Source: Thermoanaerobaculia bacterium (GTDB lineage Bacteria > Acidobacteriota > Thermoanaerobaculia > Multivoradales > UBA5704). From it: a DNA stretch of 64,000 nt. Every line of letters begins with the position of its first letter. Position 1 is the first letter of the stretch. The position numbers were made by a program, and so were the translations under genes. The notes under the pieces were generated by a model. That model was not told where the DNA came from. It did no database searches and saw only the letters and a list, made by a program, of their open reading frames with translations. The DNA is taken from positions 19,768-83,767 of the forward strand of contig JBGAGQ010000023.1 of NCBI GenBank assembly GCA_044226625.1, read 5' to 3'. Below, piece after piece: positions 30,075 to 39,700 of this stretch.

Positions 30075-31769
30075 ATGCAAAATCCAGTGGGGATTCTTAC
30101 GCGCGTGGGGCGCGTCGCGGGGCTGGCCGCCTTGGGAGTCGGCGCCCTTGCGCTGGCGTCGGCGATGCCGGCCCAAGCGGCGGATGCGGCCCCGGCCTGT
30201 AAGGTGTCGACGCGTCAACAGACGATCACCCGAATGGGTCGGAGCCCGTTCGTGAAAGGTGGAGTGACCACCCGCGAGGGGCTCTCTGCCCTGTTCGTGG
30301 ACCAGAAGGATGCCATTTCTTGCATCCTTGAGCAGCACGGAGTCGAGCGTTTGGAGGGAGCCCTCGCGCAGGCGGCAGGCGGCTCCGCGGTGACCGAGCG
30401 CGACCTGCGCTCCGACGAGTGCTTTGACTGGATGGCCTGGAAGAACCGCAAGGGCGTTCCGATGAGCGGACCGCTCTGCCTGAAGGTGAAGAAGACCTAC
30501 GGCGCCTACGAGGTGCCGGTCGACGAGATGATCTCCGAGACGCTTCCCGAGGTCCGCTGCGAGATCCAGGCGAGCGGCGACGCCTCGGCCAAGCCTCCGA
30601 CTCTTAGCGCCAGCATCAACGGCAGCACCCCGGGGGCCACGGCGTCGTGGACCTCGACCAACGGCACCTCGGGCGAGCTCACCGGTCCCGGTCCCTGGCA
30701 GATGGAGTGGAAGGACCTGTGCACGGCGGACTACACGTTCACGGTCAAGGACACCGACCAGGGAACCCAGACCTGGGTCACCCACACCTTCGTCGTGCCG
30801 AAGATCTGCGCCAACCTTTCCTATTCGGGCGTGAGCGCGCCGCGCACCGTGCCGGGCAAGAGTGACGAGTGCACGAGCAGCGTCGAGGTGAAGCGCTTCG
30901 TGCCGCCGCCGCCGGCGGTCACGTTGGCGGTGACGCCCGATCGGGCCGAGACCGGTGAGGTGATCGTGGCGCAGTCGGCCGCGACGTCGGTCTGCTTGAA
31001 GTCGTGCGACGCCTTCGTCACCGACGGCAGCGGCGCGGAGATCGACCGCGCGGTTTGCAGCCCGTCGTGGGAGAAGATCTACCGCGTCCCGGGCATCTAC
31101 ACGTATCGCGCGAAGGCGGAAGACGCGATCGGCCAGACTGGCGAGGCGGGCCCGATTTCAGTTCGCATCCACCCGCGTTGGATCGTGCGCGGCTTCGGCG
31201 CGTTCGTCGATCCGAAGGACGATGTGGTGCGGACCGACCGCTTCCGGACCCCGAGCCAGGTCGAGCGCACGTCGTGGCAGCTCGAGAAGGGCGTGGGCGT
31301 CGGCGCCACCGTCGAGCGTCGGTTCAGTGAGATCGTGGGCCTCGAAGGGGGATTGATCCTGTCGCGCGTGCAGTCGTCGTTCAAGCTCGACCTGAACAGC
31401 GCCTGGGCGATCGCCAAGAAGAAGGTCGGATTCAACCTCCTGACCCTCGGCCCGAACTTCCACGTCATGCACGAGCCCGGCCGGGCCGACCTCTACATCG
31501 GTCCGTTCCTCGGCTACGCGTTCTTCAACGGCAAATCGTACGGGGTGCTCGGCGAGTCGCACAGCCGCGATCTCGACGACAAGCTCGGCTTCGGGCTCCA
31601 GCTCGGCCTCGACCTGCCGATCCATCGCGCGGCGAGCGGCATCTGGAACTTCCACACCGGCCTGCGCTACATGAAGCTCTCGACCGACGTCGACCTCGGC
31701 GTGAACGGCTCGAAGAGCATCGACGTCGATCCGCTAATGGCGTCGGCGGGCATCAGCTACTCCTTCTAA
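30075..31769 (+). CDS. Secreted multidomain protein with C-terminal OmpW-like beta-barrel
   Basis: Signal peptide; Cys-rich N-terminal domains; PKD-like PGIYTY; amphipathic beta strands ending GISYSF. Confidence 0.7.
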   Translation: MQNPVGILTRVGRVAGLAALGVGALALASAMPAQAADAAPACKVSTRQQTITRMGRSPFVKGGVTTREGLSALFVDQKDAISCILEQHGVERLEGALAQAAGGSAVTERDLRSDECFDWMAWKNRKGVPMSGPLCLKVKKTYGAYEVPVDEMISETLPEVRCEIQASGDASAKPPTLSASINGSTPGATASWTSTNGTSGELTGPGPWQMEWKDLCTADYTFTVKDTDQGTQTWVTHTFVVPKICANLSYSGVSAPRTVPGKSDECTSSVEVKRFVPPPPAVTLAVTPDRAETGEVIVAQSAATSVCLKSCDAFVTDGSGAEIDRAVCSPSWEKIYRVPGIYTYRAKAEDAIGQTGEAGPISVRIHPRWIVRGFGAFVDPKDDVVRTDRFRTPSQVERTSWQLEKGVGVGATVERRFSEIVGLEGGLILSRVQSSFKLDLNSAWAIAKKKVGFNLLTLGPNFHVMHEPGRADLYIGPFLGYAFFNGKSYGVLGESHSRDLDDKLGFGLQLGLDLPIHRAASGIWNFHTGLRYMKLSTDVDLGVNGSKSIDVDPLMASAGISYSF

Positions 31770-31783
31770 ACTCGGCACCGGCC

Positions 31784-31820
31784 GCCGGGGGCGATCCCTT
31801 CTCGCCCCCGGCGATATTTC
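31784..31820 (+). terminator. Hairpin terminator
   Basis: GCCGGGGGCGA/TCGCCCCCGGC stem with a weak T tail. Confidence 0.55.
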
Positions 31821-31905
31821 CCTCCGCCGTTCCCTCCGCTTTGCAACCCATCCTGCCGGCGTCCGTACGCTCTACTCGAGCGAACGACTCCAAAGGAGGT
31901 CCTCC

Positions 31906-33381
31906 ATGCATCGCCGATTTCCGACCGCCGCCGCACTGCTCGCTGTCTTATCGACCCCGGGGTGGGCAGCCGATCCGGTTCCCGTTGCCCCCCGCCCCTG
32001 CAAGATCGAGAGCGTCGAAGGCTCGGTTCTCTGCGCGTCCTTCCCCGTCTGGGAGAACCGACAGACTCGAAAGGGCCGAAAGATTCCGATCAACGTCGTG
32101 ATCCTTCCGGCCTCGAGCAACTCCGCGAGCAAACCGAAAAAGCCCGATCCCATCTTCTATTTCGCCGGAGGCCCGGGCCAGGGGGCGACGACTACGGCCG
32201 AAGGGTGGGCGAAGGCTTCCGCGCTGCGGGCCGAGCGCGACATCGTGCTGGTAGACCAGCGCGGCACGGGCGGGTCGAACAGGCTCGATTGCCAACTGTT
32301 CGGCAATCCGATCGACTTGAAGCTCTTGGCCTCGACTTTCCTCGAGAAGAGCGCGGTGGAGGCCTGCCGGAAAGAGCTCGAGAAAAAGGCCGACCTCGCG
32401 CAGTACAACACCGAATACTCGGCCGACGACGTCGAAGAGGTCCGCCGATTCCTCGGTTACGGCAAGATCGACGTTTTCGGCGGCTCCTACGGTACGACCT
32501 CGTCCCAGGTCTTCATCCGGAGGCATCCAGGGTCGGTGCGGGCCGCGGTGCTCGACGGGCTCGCGCCGGTCGACGAGCCGATTCCCCTCCATCATGCGTC
32601 CGCCGGCCAGCGGGCGGCCGACCTGTTGTTCGCCGAGTGCGCCGCGGACGCCGCCTGTCACACGGCGTTTCCGGATCCGGGAGGGGAGCTCCAACGGGTG
32701 ATGGCGAAGGTCGACGAGGGTATCGAAGTCGAGGTCCTCGATCCGCGAACCAAGGAGAAAGTGAAAGTCCGGCCGAATCGCGGCGTCGTGGCGGACGGCA
32801 TCCGCCTCTTCCTGTACGGCGCAGAAGAGGACGGCAAGAATTCGTTGCCGCTGCGGATCCACCTCGCCGCCCAGGGGAACTACCGGCCGCTGGTCGAATC
32901 CGCGCTCCAGAGTCGGCTCTGGATCGACGAGGCCCTGGAGATCGGCATGTGGCTCTCGCTCACCTGTGCCGAAGACATCCCGCGGATCGATCCGAAGATC
33001 GTCGCCCGGGAGACCGCGGGAACCTACCTCGGCGACTATCGGATCCGCACCCAGATCGAGGCGTGCGAAGTGTGGCCGCGCGGCAAGGTCTCTCCGGGCT
33101 ACTGGGACCTTGTCCGATCCGACGTTCCCGCGCTCCTGATCTCGGGCGAGCGCGATCCCGTGACTCCGCCCGCCTTCGGCGAAAGGGTCGCCGCGGGATT
33201 CCGGAACGGTCTCCACCTCGTCAAACCGCATGGCGGACACGGAGCGGACGACGAGTGCGTGGAGCGCATCACGCTCGACTTCTTGAATCGCGCCTCGACG
33301 AAGGGGCTGGATCTTTCGTGCTTGAAGGGGAGTGGACCGGCGAGGTTCGCGCTCGAGCTACCGAAGGAAGAAAGCCGATAG
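31906..33381 (+). CDS. Alpha/beta hydrolase (TAP-like peptidase)
   Basis: GGPG, DQRGTG, GGSYG, DPVTP, GGHG; signal peptide. Confidence 0.88.
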   Translation: MHRRFPTAAALLAVLSTPGWAADPVPVAPRPCKIESVEGSVLCASFPVWENRQTRKGRKIPINVVILPASSNSASKPKKPDPIFYFAGGPGQGATTTAEGWAKASALRAERDIVLVDQRGTGGSNRLDCQLFGNPIDLKLLASTFLEKSAVEACRKELEKKADLAQYNTEYSADDVEEVRRFLGYGKIDVFGGSYGTTSSQVFIRRHPGSVRAAVLDGLAPVDEPIPLHHASAGQRAADLLFAECAADAACHTAFPDPGGELQRVMAKVDEGIEVEVLDPRTKEKVKVRPNRGVVADGIRLFLYGAEEDGKNSLPLRIHLAAQGNYRPLVESALQSRLWIDEALEIGMWLSLTCAEDIPRIDPKIVARETAGTYLGDYRIRTQIEACEVWPRGKVSPGYWDLVRSDVPALLISGERDPVTPPAFGERVAAGFRNGLHLVKPHGGHGADDECVERITLDFLNRASTKGLDLSCLKGSGPARFALELPKEESR

Positions 33382-33392
33382 GTCGGAGGAAT

Positions 33393-33420
33393 CTCGGGCG
33401 GAGACGAGTCTCCGCCCGAG
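33393..33420. terminator. Perfect hairpin between convergent genes
   Basis: CTCGGGCGGAGA-CGAG-TCTCCGCCCGAG. Confidence 0.55.
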
Positions 33421-33457
33421 GCCCGCGCGGGCAGGGGCGAGGCGTTCCGAGAGCGGC

Positions 33458-33895
33458 CTAGAACGGAATGTCGTCGTCGTCGCCGCCGCCGTAGCTCGGC
33501 CCGTCGTCGTAGGAAGGGCCTCCGCCGGGGCTCGCGGAGTGGCTGCCGTGGTCCATGTCGCCGCCACCCTTGGTGCCGAGCATCTGGAAGTTGTCGCAGA
33601 CGATCTCGGTCCGATATTTCTTCTCGCCGCTCTGCTTGTCGTCCCAGGAGCGGGTCTGGAGTCGCCCTTCGAGATAGATCTGCTTGCCCTTGGTGAGGTA
33701 TTGCCCGGCGATCTCCGCCTGCTTACCCCACACCACGATGTTGTGCCACTCCGTCTGCTCTTGGCGCTGGCCGCCTTTGTCGCGCCATCGGCGGGTCGTG
33801 GCGAGACTGAAGCTCGCGACCGGTTGGCCCGAGGGAGTGGAGCGCACCTCGGGGTCGCGGCCTAGATTGCCGATCAGGATCACTTTGTTGACCAT
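33458..33895 (-). CDS. ssb: Single-stranded DNA-binding protein
   Basis: [16 protein letters not shown]...DDDIPF; GGAGG RBS. Confidence 0.97.
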   Translation of the reverse strand: MVNKVILIGNLGRDPEVRSTPSGQPVASFSLATTRRWRDKGGQRQEQTEWHNIVVWGKQAEIAGQYLTKGKQIYLEGRLQTRSWDDKQSGEKKYRTEIVCDNFQMLGTKGGGDMDHGSHSASPGGGPSYDDGPSYGGGDDDDIPF

Positions 33896-34014
33896 GGGGT
33901 TGGTCCTCCTTTGCTGCGAGTGAGTTACGGTATCACAGGGCCTTCGGCGAGAGACCGCGGGCCGCGCCGTCGGCACGCCGCCGCCGGCTGACATTCCCAG
34001 AAAGACGGAAGACG

Positions 34015-34452
34015 ATGCGTTTGATCTTGCAAAGGGTCACCCGGGCCGCAGTGCGGGTCGCGGGAGAGACCGTCGGAGCGATCGACGGGGGCATCTTGGT
34101 CCTCGTCGGCGTCGAGCGCGGCGACGGGGCGAAGCAGGTCGCAACGGCGGTCGAGAAGCTCTCCGGCGTCCGCATGTTCGACGATCCGGCGGGCAAGATG
34201 AACCTCGATCTCGCGACCGTGGGCGGGGCGTTCCTGGTGGTCTCGCAGTTCACGCTCGCCGGATCGCTCGCCCGCGGCCGCCGGCCGTCTTTCGACGACG
34301 CCGCGCCCCCCGACTACGCGGCTCCGGTTGTCGAGGCGTTGATCGAGGGCCTACGTGGCCGCGGGCACCGGGTGGAGACCGGCCGGTTTCGAGCGGCGAT
34401 GGAGGTCGAGCTCATCAACGACGGACCGGTGACCTTCCTGCTCGAAATCTGA
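34015..34452 (+). CDS. dtd: D-aminoacyl-tRNA deacylase
   Basis: QRV, SQFTL, NDGPVT. Confidence 0.96.
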   Translation: MRLILQRVTRAAVRVAGETVGAIDGGILVLVGVERGDGAKQVATAVEKLSGVRMFDDPAGKMNLDLATVGGAFLVVSQFTLAGSLARGRRPSFDDAAPPDYAAPVVEALIEGLRGRGHRVETGRFRAAMEVELINDGPVTFLLEI

Positions 34453-34470
34453 GGAGGTCGCGCGCTCCTT

Positions 34471-34529
34471 ATTACACGGGCTCTTTTTGCCCGGGTGATA
34501 TTGACTCCATGTTTCACCCGGGTAATACT
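34471..34529 (+). promoter_or_regulatory. Sigma70-like promoter overlapped by CCCGGG-centred palindromes
   Basis: TTGACT at 34501 and TAATACT at 34523. Sites: TTTGCCCGGGTGAT (34486), TTCACCCGGGTAAT (34513), and a weak ATTACACGGG (34471). Confidence 0.6.
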
Positions 34530-34584
34530 CCGCCGTCGATCGATCCCGAGGTTCCGTTCCGGGCTCGATTCCTGGGAGGAATCC

Positions 34585-35961
34585 ATGAAAGACCTGACGA
34601 AAGGGCCGATCTCCCGCCACATCCTGGAGATGGCGGCACCGATGGCGATCGGGATGCTGATCCAGACCTTCTATTACCTGGTCGACCTCTATTTCGTCTC
34701 GAAGCTGGGGGACGCCGCGATCGCCGGCGTGAGCGCCGGGGGGAGCGCGACCTTCGTCGTGCTGGGCCTGACGCAAATGCTCGGCGTGGGAACCGTGGCG
34801 CTGATCGCCCAGGCGGTAGGCCGGAAAGACGCGGCCGACGCGAACTTGGTGTTCAACCAGTCGCTCGTCCTGTCGGCGATCTGTGGCCTCGCGACCCTCA
34901 TCGGGGGCTACGTCTTCACCGGCACTTTCATGGACACTCTGGGAGCGGGCGCCGCGGCGACTTCAGCGGGAGTGACCTACCTGCACTATTTCGTCCCCGG
35001 CCTCGCGCTGCAGTTCGCCTTGATTGCGATGGGGTCGGCGCTCCGGGGCACCGGGATCGTCAAGCCGACGATGACCGTCCAGGTCCTGACCATTCTTCTC
35101 AACATCGTCCTCGCCCCGATCCTGATTGCCGGCTGGGGAACGGGCGTGCCTCTCGGGGTCGCCGGAGCGGGGCTGGCGACCTCGATCGCGGTCGGGATCG
35201 GCGTCGTGCTGATGGCGTTCTACTTCGCCCGTCAGGAGAAGTACGTCACGTTTCGCGCTGCCGAGTGGCGCCCGCGGCTGGAGACCTGGAAGCGCATGCT
35301 CGCGATCGGCCTGCCGGCAGGCGGCGAGTTCATGCTCATGTTCGTCTACATGTCGGTGATCTTCCGGATCATCCGCGACTTCGGCCCGGCGGCCCAGGCG
35401 GGTTTCGGGGTCGGTTCGCGGGTGATGCAGGCGATCTTCCTGCCGGCGATGGCGATCGCCTTTGCGGCGGCGCCGATCGCCGGTCAGAACTTCGGCGCCC
35501 GTCAACCGGCGCGAGTGCGCGAGACGTTCCGCACCGCGGCGCTGCTCGGCAGCGCCGTCATGTTTGCGCTTACGCTGGTCTGTCAATGGCGCCCCGAGGT
35601 CTTCGTGCTCGCATTCACCCGGGAGCCGGAGGTGGTCGCCGTGGGGGCCCAGTTCCTCCGTTTCATCTCGTGGAACTTCGTCGCGTCGGGGTTGATCTTC
35701 ACCTGCTCTGGAATGTTCCAGGCTCTGGGCAACACCTGGCCGTCCCTGATCAGCTCGGCCACCCGGCTGCTGACGTTCGCCCTGCCCGCGCTTTATCTGT
35801 CACGCCAGCCGGGGTTCCACATCGAGCAGGTTTGGTACCTCTCGGTCGCGACCGTGGCGGCCCAGGTGGTCTTGAGCCTGCTCCTCGTGCGCGTGCAGCT
35901 GCGGAAGAAGCTGGGCCCCGTATCGAACGAACCCGAGAACCTCCAGGGGGTGGCTGCATGA
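34585..35961 (+). CDS. MATE family efflux transporter
   Basis: MKDLTKGPI..., multiple TM segments, GQNFGA; GGAGG RBS. Confidence 0.92.
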   Translation: MKDLTKGPISRHILEMAAPMAIGMLIQTFYYLVDLYFVSKLGDAAIAGVSAGGSATFVVLGLTQMLGVGTVALIAQAVGRKDAADANLVFNQSLVLSAICGLATLIGGYVFTGTFMDTLGAGAAATSAGVTYLHYFVPGLALQFALIAMGSALRGTGIVKPTMTVQVLTILLNIVLAPILIAGWGTGVPLGVAGAGLATSIAVGIGVVLMAFYFARQEKYVTFRAAEWRPRLETWKRMLAIGLPAGGEFMLMFVYMSVIFRIIRDFGPAAQAGFGVGSRVMQAIFLPAMAIAFAAAPIAGQNFGARQPARVRETFRTAALLGSAVMFALTLVCQWRPEVFVLAFTREPEVVAVGAQFLRFISWNFVASGLIFTCSGMFQALGNTWPSLISSATRLLTFALPALYLSRQPGFHIEQVWYLSVATVAAQVVLSLLLVRVQLRKKLGPVSNEPENLQGVAA

Positions 35962-36581
35962 GCGCCGAATCGAATCCTTCTTCGTCCCCTTCTTCGGGGC
36001 CCACGTGCACCGCGTTCCTCGGCTCGGAGCGCGTCGCCTCGGGCGATCTGCGCTCGGTCGCGGCCGAGGTCAAAGCTCGCGTCGACCGGGACGCTCCCGC
36101 TCCGCTCCTCGTCTTCGACGACGTGACGAGCCGTCCGATCGAGCTCGACCTGCGCGGATCGCTCGACGAGGTCCTCGCCCGACTCCCGGAGGAGAGGCCG
36201 GAGGGGGCCGGAGAGGAGCGAGCCGAGGCTCGCACCCCCGGCCGGCCGAAGCTCGGGGTGGTCGCACGCGAGGTGACGCTGTTGCCGCGGCACTGGGAAT
36301 GGTTGGCGACTCAGCCCGGGGGGGCTTCGGTCACCCTGCGCAAGCTCGTCGAGGCGGCGAAGAAGACCAGCGCGGAGGAGGATCGCATCCGGTTGCGCCG
36401 GGACGCGGCCTACCGTTTCATGTCGGCTATCGCCGGCAACGAGATCGGTTTCGAGGAGGGGATCCGGGCTCTCTTCGCTGGGCAAAGGGACGCCTTCGAG
36501 CGCTCGCTCGCCGCCTGGCCGTCCGACGTGGCCGACCACGCTCGATCTCTTGCCGAGGGGTCGTTTTCTCCAGAGGAGTGA
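35958..36581 (+). CDS. DUF2239 family protein
   Basis: GRPKLGVVAREVTLLPRHWEWLATQPGGASVTLRKLVE; ATGA overlap with the MATE gene. Confidence 0.88.
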   Translation: MSAESNPSSSPSSGPTCTAFLGSERVASGDLRSVAAEVKARVDRDAPAPLLVFDDVTSRPIELDLRGSLDEVLARLPEERPEGAGEERAEARTPGRPKLGVVAREVTLLPRHWEWLATQPGGASVTLRKLVEAAKKTSAEEDRIRLRRDAAYRFMSAIAGNEIGFEEGIRALFAGQRDAFERSLAAWPSDVADHARSLAEGSFSPEE

Positions 36582-36589
36582 AGCCTGCG

Positions 36590-39500
36590 TTACGGCGCGA
36601 GGACGGTGGGACCGTCGGTTTTCCCGTCCCGCGGGGCGCCGCCGAAACGCCAGGCCATTTCGGGCATCAGGATCAGGTTGAGCAGAGTCGAGGTCGCGAG
36701 GCCGCCGAGAACCGCCACCGCCATGGGCCCCTCGATCTCGTGCCCGGGGCGGCGAAGGCCAAGGGCGAGCGGAACGAGGCCCAGCGCGGTGACAAGGGCG
36801 GTCATCAGGATCGGTACCAGACGCTCGGCGGCGCCGCGGCGTAGAGTCTCGCGATTCCAGGGAGCCCCCTCGCGATCGACCAAATGCTCGAAATGGGCGA
36901 GCAGGAGGATCGAATTGCGCGCGCCGATCCCGAACACCGTGACCAGGCCGACCAGGGCGCCGAGCGAGAGCCCAATGCCGGTCAGCCCGACCGCGAGAAC
37001 GCTGCCGATCAGGCAGAACGGTAGGCCTGCGAGCACCAGCCAGGGATAGGTGCGACGGCGGAACGCCAGGAAAAGGATCAACAGGACGAGGGCGACCGCG
37101 AGGGCGGTGTCGGCGAGCAGCTCGCGCAGCGCGGCTTTCTCCGTCTCGGCGGCGCCGGCGAAGCTCAATTCGACCCCGGCGGGCAGACGGAGTGCGGCGA
37201 GCCGTGCTTTCGCCTCGGCGACGACGCGGTCGAACGGCCGGCCGCCGACGTTGAAGGTCACCGCGACGCGGCGCCGGCCCCCTTCGTGCTGGATGCTCGC
37301 GCGCCCCTCGGCGAGCGACACCGCGGCGACACGGGAGAGAGGTACGCGACCCGAGGAGCTGGAGATCCAAAGGGCGGAGAGCTCGTCGAGTCGGCCGCGC
37401 CGGTCGGCCGGCAGGAGCAGGACGGCCCGCACGGTCCGTGCCCCGTCGAAGGTCTCGCCGACCTCCTGGCCCGCGTAGGCGGTCGAAATCACGTCGGTCA
37501 CGTCTTCTGCGCGGAGGCCGTAGGTCGAGAGCGCGCGGGGATCGAGCGCGATCGAAAGGGTTGGAGTGCCGCTCGCCTTCTTGAGCTGCAGATCGACGAC
37601 GCCGGGAACGCGCGCGAGCTCGCGGTAGACCGCTTCGGCCGCGAGGTCGAGGTCCTCGAGACGATCGCCCAGGACGAGCACCGCGACTTGGGCGGTCTCG
37701 CCGGTGAGGCTTTCACTGATCCGGTCGCCGAGGAAGGTGAGCACCTCGCCGCGAATGCCGGGATACGAAGCGACCACCTCGCGCAGGCGTTCCTGAACCG
37801 AGGTCTCGTCGATCCGTGCGCTCTTCTTGAGCTCTAGATGGAGCTCGCTCCGATCGGGTCCCCAGGTGTCTTCTCCGAGCTCGGCCCGGCCGACCTGTTG
37901 CTCGACCGTCGCGACGTAGGGAAGCTCGAGGAGCTCGCGGCTCAACCGTGCGCCGAGCGAGGTCATCTCGGCGAGCGAGGTGCCAGGGAGGCGGCTCGAG
38001 ATCTGGAGCACGAAATGCCCCTCGCGGAACATCGGCAGCAACTCGCCGCCGAGCGACGGGAGCCAGACGAACGCTCCGGCCAGAGCCATGCCGAGCGCCA
38101 CGACGAATCCCATGAACCGCAGTTCGGCGAGAGCCAGTACGCGAGCGTGGAGACGGGCGAGCCCGGCGAGCCAGCGGGGGGATCGTTGCCCCTTCGGCTC
38201 GGGCAAGAGGAGCGCGCAGAGCGCCGGCGTGACGGTGAACGCGACGCCGAGTGAGGCGAGAACGGCCAGTGCGAACGCGAGCGCGAGCGGCCGGAGGAAA
38301 CGTCCCTCGACTCCGGAGGCGAGGAGGACGGGAAGGAACGCGATCAGGACCACGAGCGTCGCAAAGAGAACCGCGCCGCGGATCTCGAGCGAGGCGTCGC
38401 GGATTACCGTCCATCGGGGGTGGGGCGTGGATAGCGCCTGATTTTCGCGCAGGCGGCGAAGGATGTTCTCGACGTCGATGATCGCATCGTCCACCAGGAC
38501 GCCAAGGGCGACCGCGAATCCGCCGAGCGTCATCGTGTTGAGCGTCTGGCCGAAATGGACGAGGACGGCGACCGCGGCCAGCAGCGAGAGCGGGATGGTG
38601 AGAAACGAGATCAGTGCCGAGCGTGGATCGCGGAGGAAGAGGAGGAGAACCGCGAAGATCAGGAAAGCGCCGATGCCGAGAGCGCCGCCCAGGTCTGCGA
38701 GGGCCCGCTCAATGAAGTTGGCCGGTCGATGAAGCGCGGGGTAGACGTCGATTCCGCCTGCCCTGAGCCGAGGCGTGATCTCCGCGAGCGCGGCCTCGAC
38801 CCCCTCGGTCGCCTCGAGAGTGTTTGCGCCATACTGTCCGGAGATCGAAAGGAGCACACCGGCCTGCCCCTGGACGTTGGCGTCGCCGACCTTCAGCTCT
38901 TCTCCCAGCGCGACGCGGGCCACGTCGCGCAAGCGGATGGCGGCTCCGGAACGGACCGCGACCACGGTCTCCGCGAGCGAGGCGGGATCGGGGCTCGGGG
39001 TTGGAGTCGAAATCGTGATCCGTTGCGCCGCGAGATCGACGAAGCCCGCGCCGCGGAGCGCGAGCGCGCCGCGCGCGGCGGCGGCGAGGTCGGAGAGGCC
39101 GAGGCCGTAGGCGGCCATGCGTTCGAAGTCGGGCAATATCTGGATCTGCCGCACGGAGCCGCCGTAGACGGTGATCCGCGCGACGCCCGGAACTGCGAGC
39201 AGTCGAGGCTTGAGCGTCCAATCCGCGAGGTCGCGTAGCTCGAACGCGTCGACACGGCTCGAGACCAGCCCCACTTTCAGGAGGTCCATGGTGCTCGACA
39301 CGAGCGGCGAGACTTTCGGCGTGGAGATTCCCGCGGGAAGCTGGCCCGCCAGACTCGCGAGGCGCTCCGCGACCCCTTGCCGGGCCGCCTGCACGTCGCT
39401 CTCCTCGGCGAAGATCAACGTGACCACCGACAGGCCGGGAATCGATTCGGAGCGGATCGACGTGAGGCCCGGCGCGCCGTTGACCGCCGATTCGACCGGT

Positions 39501-39700
39501 CCGGTGACGAGCCGCTCGACCTGCTCCGGGGAGAGGCCGGGTGCTTCGGTTTGGATCGAGGCTTCCGGGGGCACGAACTCGGGAAAGACGTCGAGCGGGG
39601 CGCGCCGCGCGACGCCCGTGCCGATCCACAGCCCGATGAGGGTGAGCGCGGCGACCGCACCTCGATAGCGCAGGCTCCATTCGACCAGACGGCCGCCCAC
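36590..39700 (-). CDS. RND efflux permease (CusA/CzcA-like)
   Basis: 1036 aa; LDVFPEF, GVLVDDAIIDVENI, ERLVPILMTAL. Confidence 0.92.
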   Translation of the reverse strand: MGGRLVEWSLRYRGAVAALTLIGLWIGTGVARRAPLDVFPEFVPPEASIQTEAPGLSPEQVERLVTGPVESAVNGAPGLTSIRSESIPGLSVVTLIFAEESDVQAARQGVAERLASLAGQLPAGISTPKVSPLVSSTMDLLKVGLVSSRVDAFELRDLADWTLKPRLLAVPGVARITVYGGSVRQIQILPDFERMAAYGLGLSDLAAAARGALALRGAGFVDLAAQRITISTPTPSPDPASLAETVVAVRSGAAIRLRDVARVALGEELKVGDANVQGQAGVLLSISGQYGANTLEATEGVEAALAEITPRLRAGGIDVYPALHRPANFIERALADLGGALGIGAFLIFAVLLLFLRDPRSALISFLTIPLSLLAAVAVLVHFGQTLNTMTLGGFAVALGVLVDDAIIDVENILRRLRENQALSTPHPRWTVIRDASLEIRGAVLFATLVVLIAFLPVLLASGVEGRFLRPLALAFALAVLASLGVAFTVTPALCALLLPEPKGQRSPRWLAGLARLHARVLALAELRFMGFVVALGMALAGAFVWLPSLGGELLPMFREGHFVLQISSRLPGTSLAEMTSLGARLSRELLELPYVATVEQQVGRAELGEDTWGPDRSELHLELKKSARIDETSVQERLREVVASYPGIRGEVLTFLGDRISESLTGETAQVAVLVLGDRLEDLDLAAEAVYRELARVPGVVDLQLKKASGTPTLSIALDPRALSTYGLRAEDVTDVISTAYAGQEVGETFDGARTVRAVLLLPADRRGRLDELSALWISSSSGRVPLSRVAAVSLAEGRASIQHEGGRRRVAVTFNVGGRPFDRVVAEAKARLAALRLPAGVELSFAGAAETEKAALRELLADTALAVALVLLILFLAFRRRTYPWLVLAGLPFCLIGSVLAVGLTGIGLSLGALVGLVTVFGIGARNSILLLAHFEHLVDREGAPWNRETLRRGAAERLVPILMTALVTALGLVPLALGLRRPGHEIEGPMAVAVLGGLATSTLLNLILMPEMAWRFGGAPRDGKTDGPTVLAP

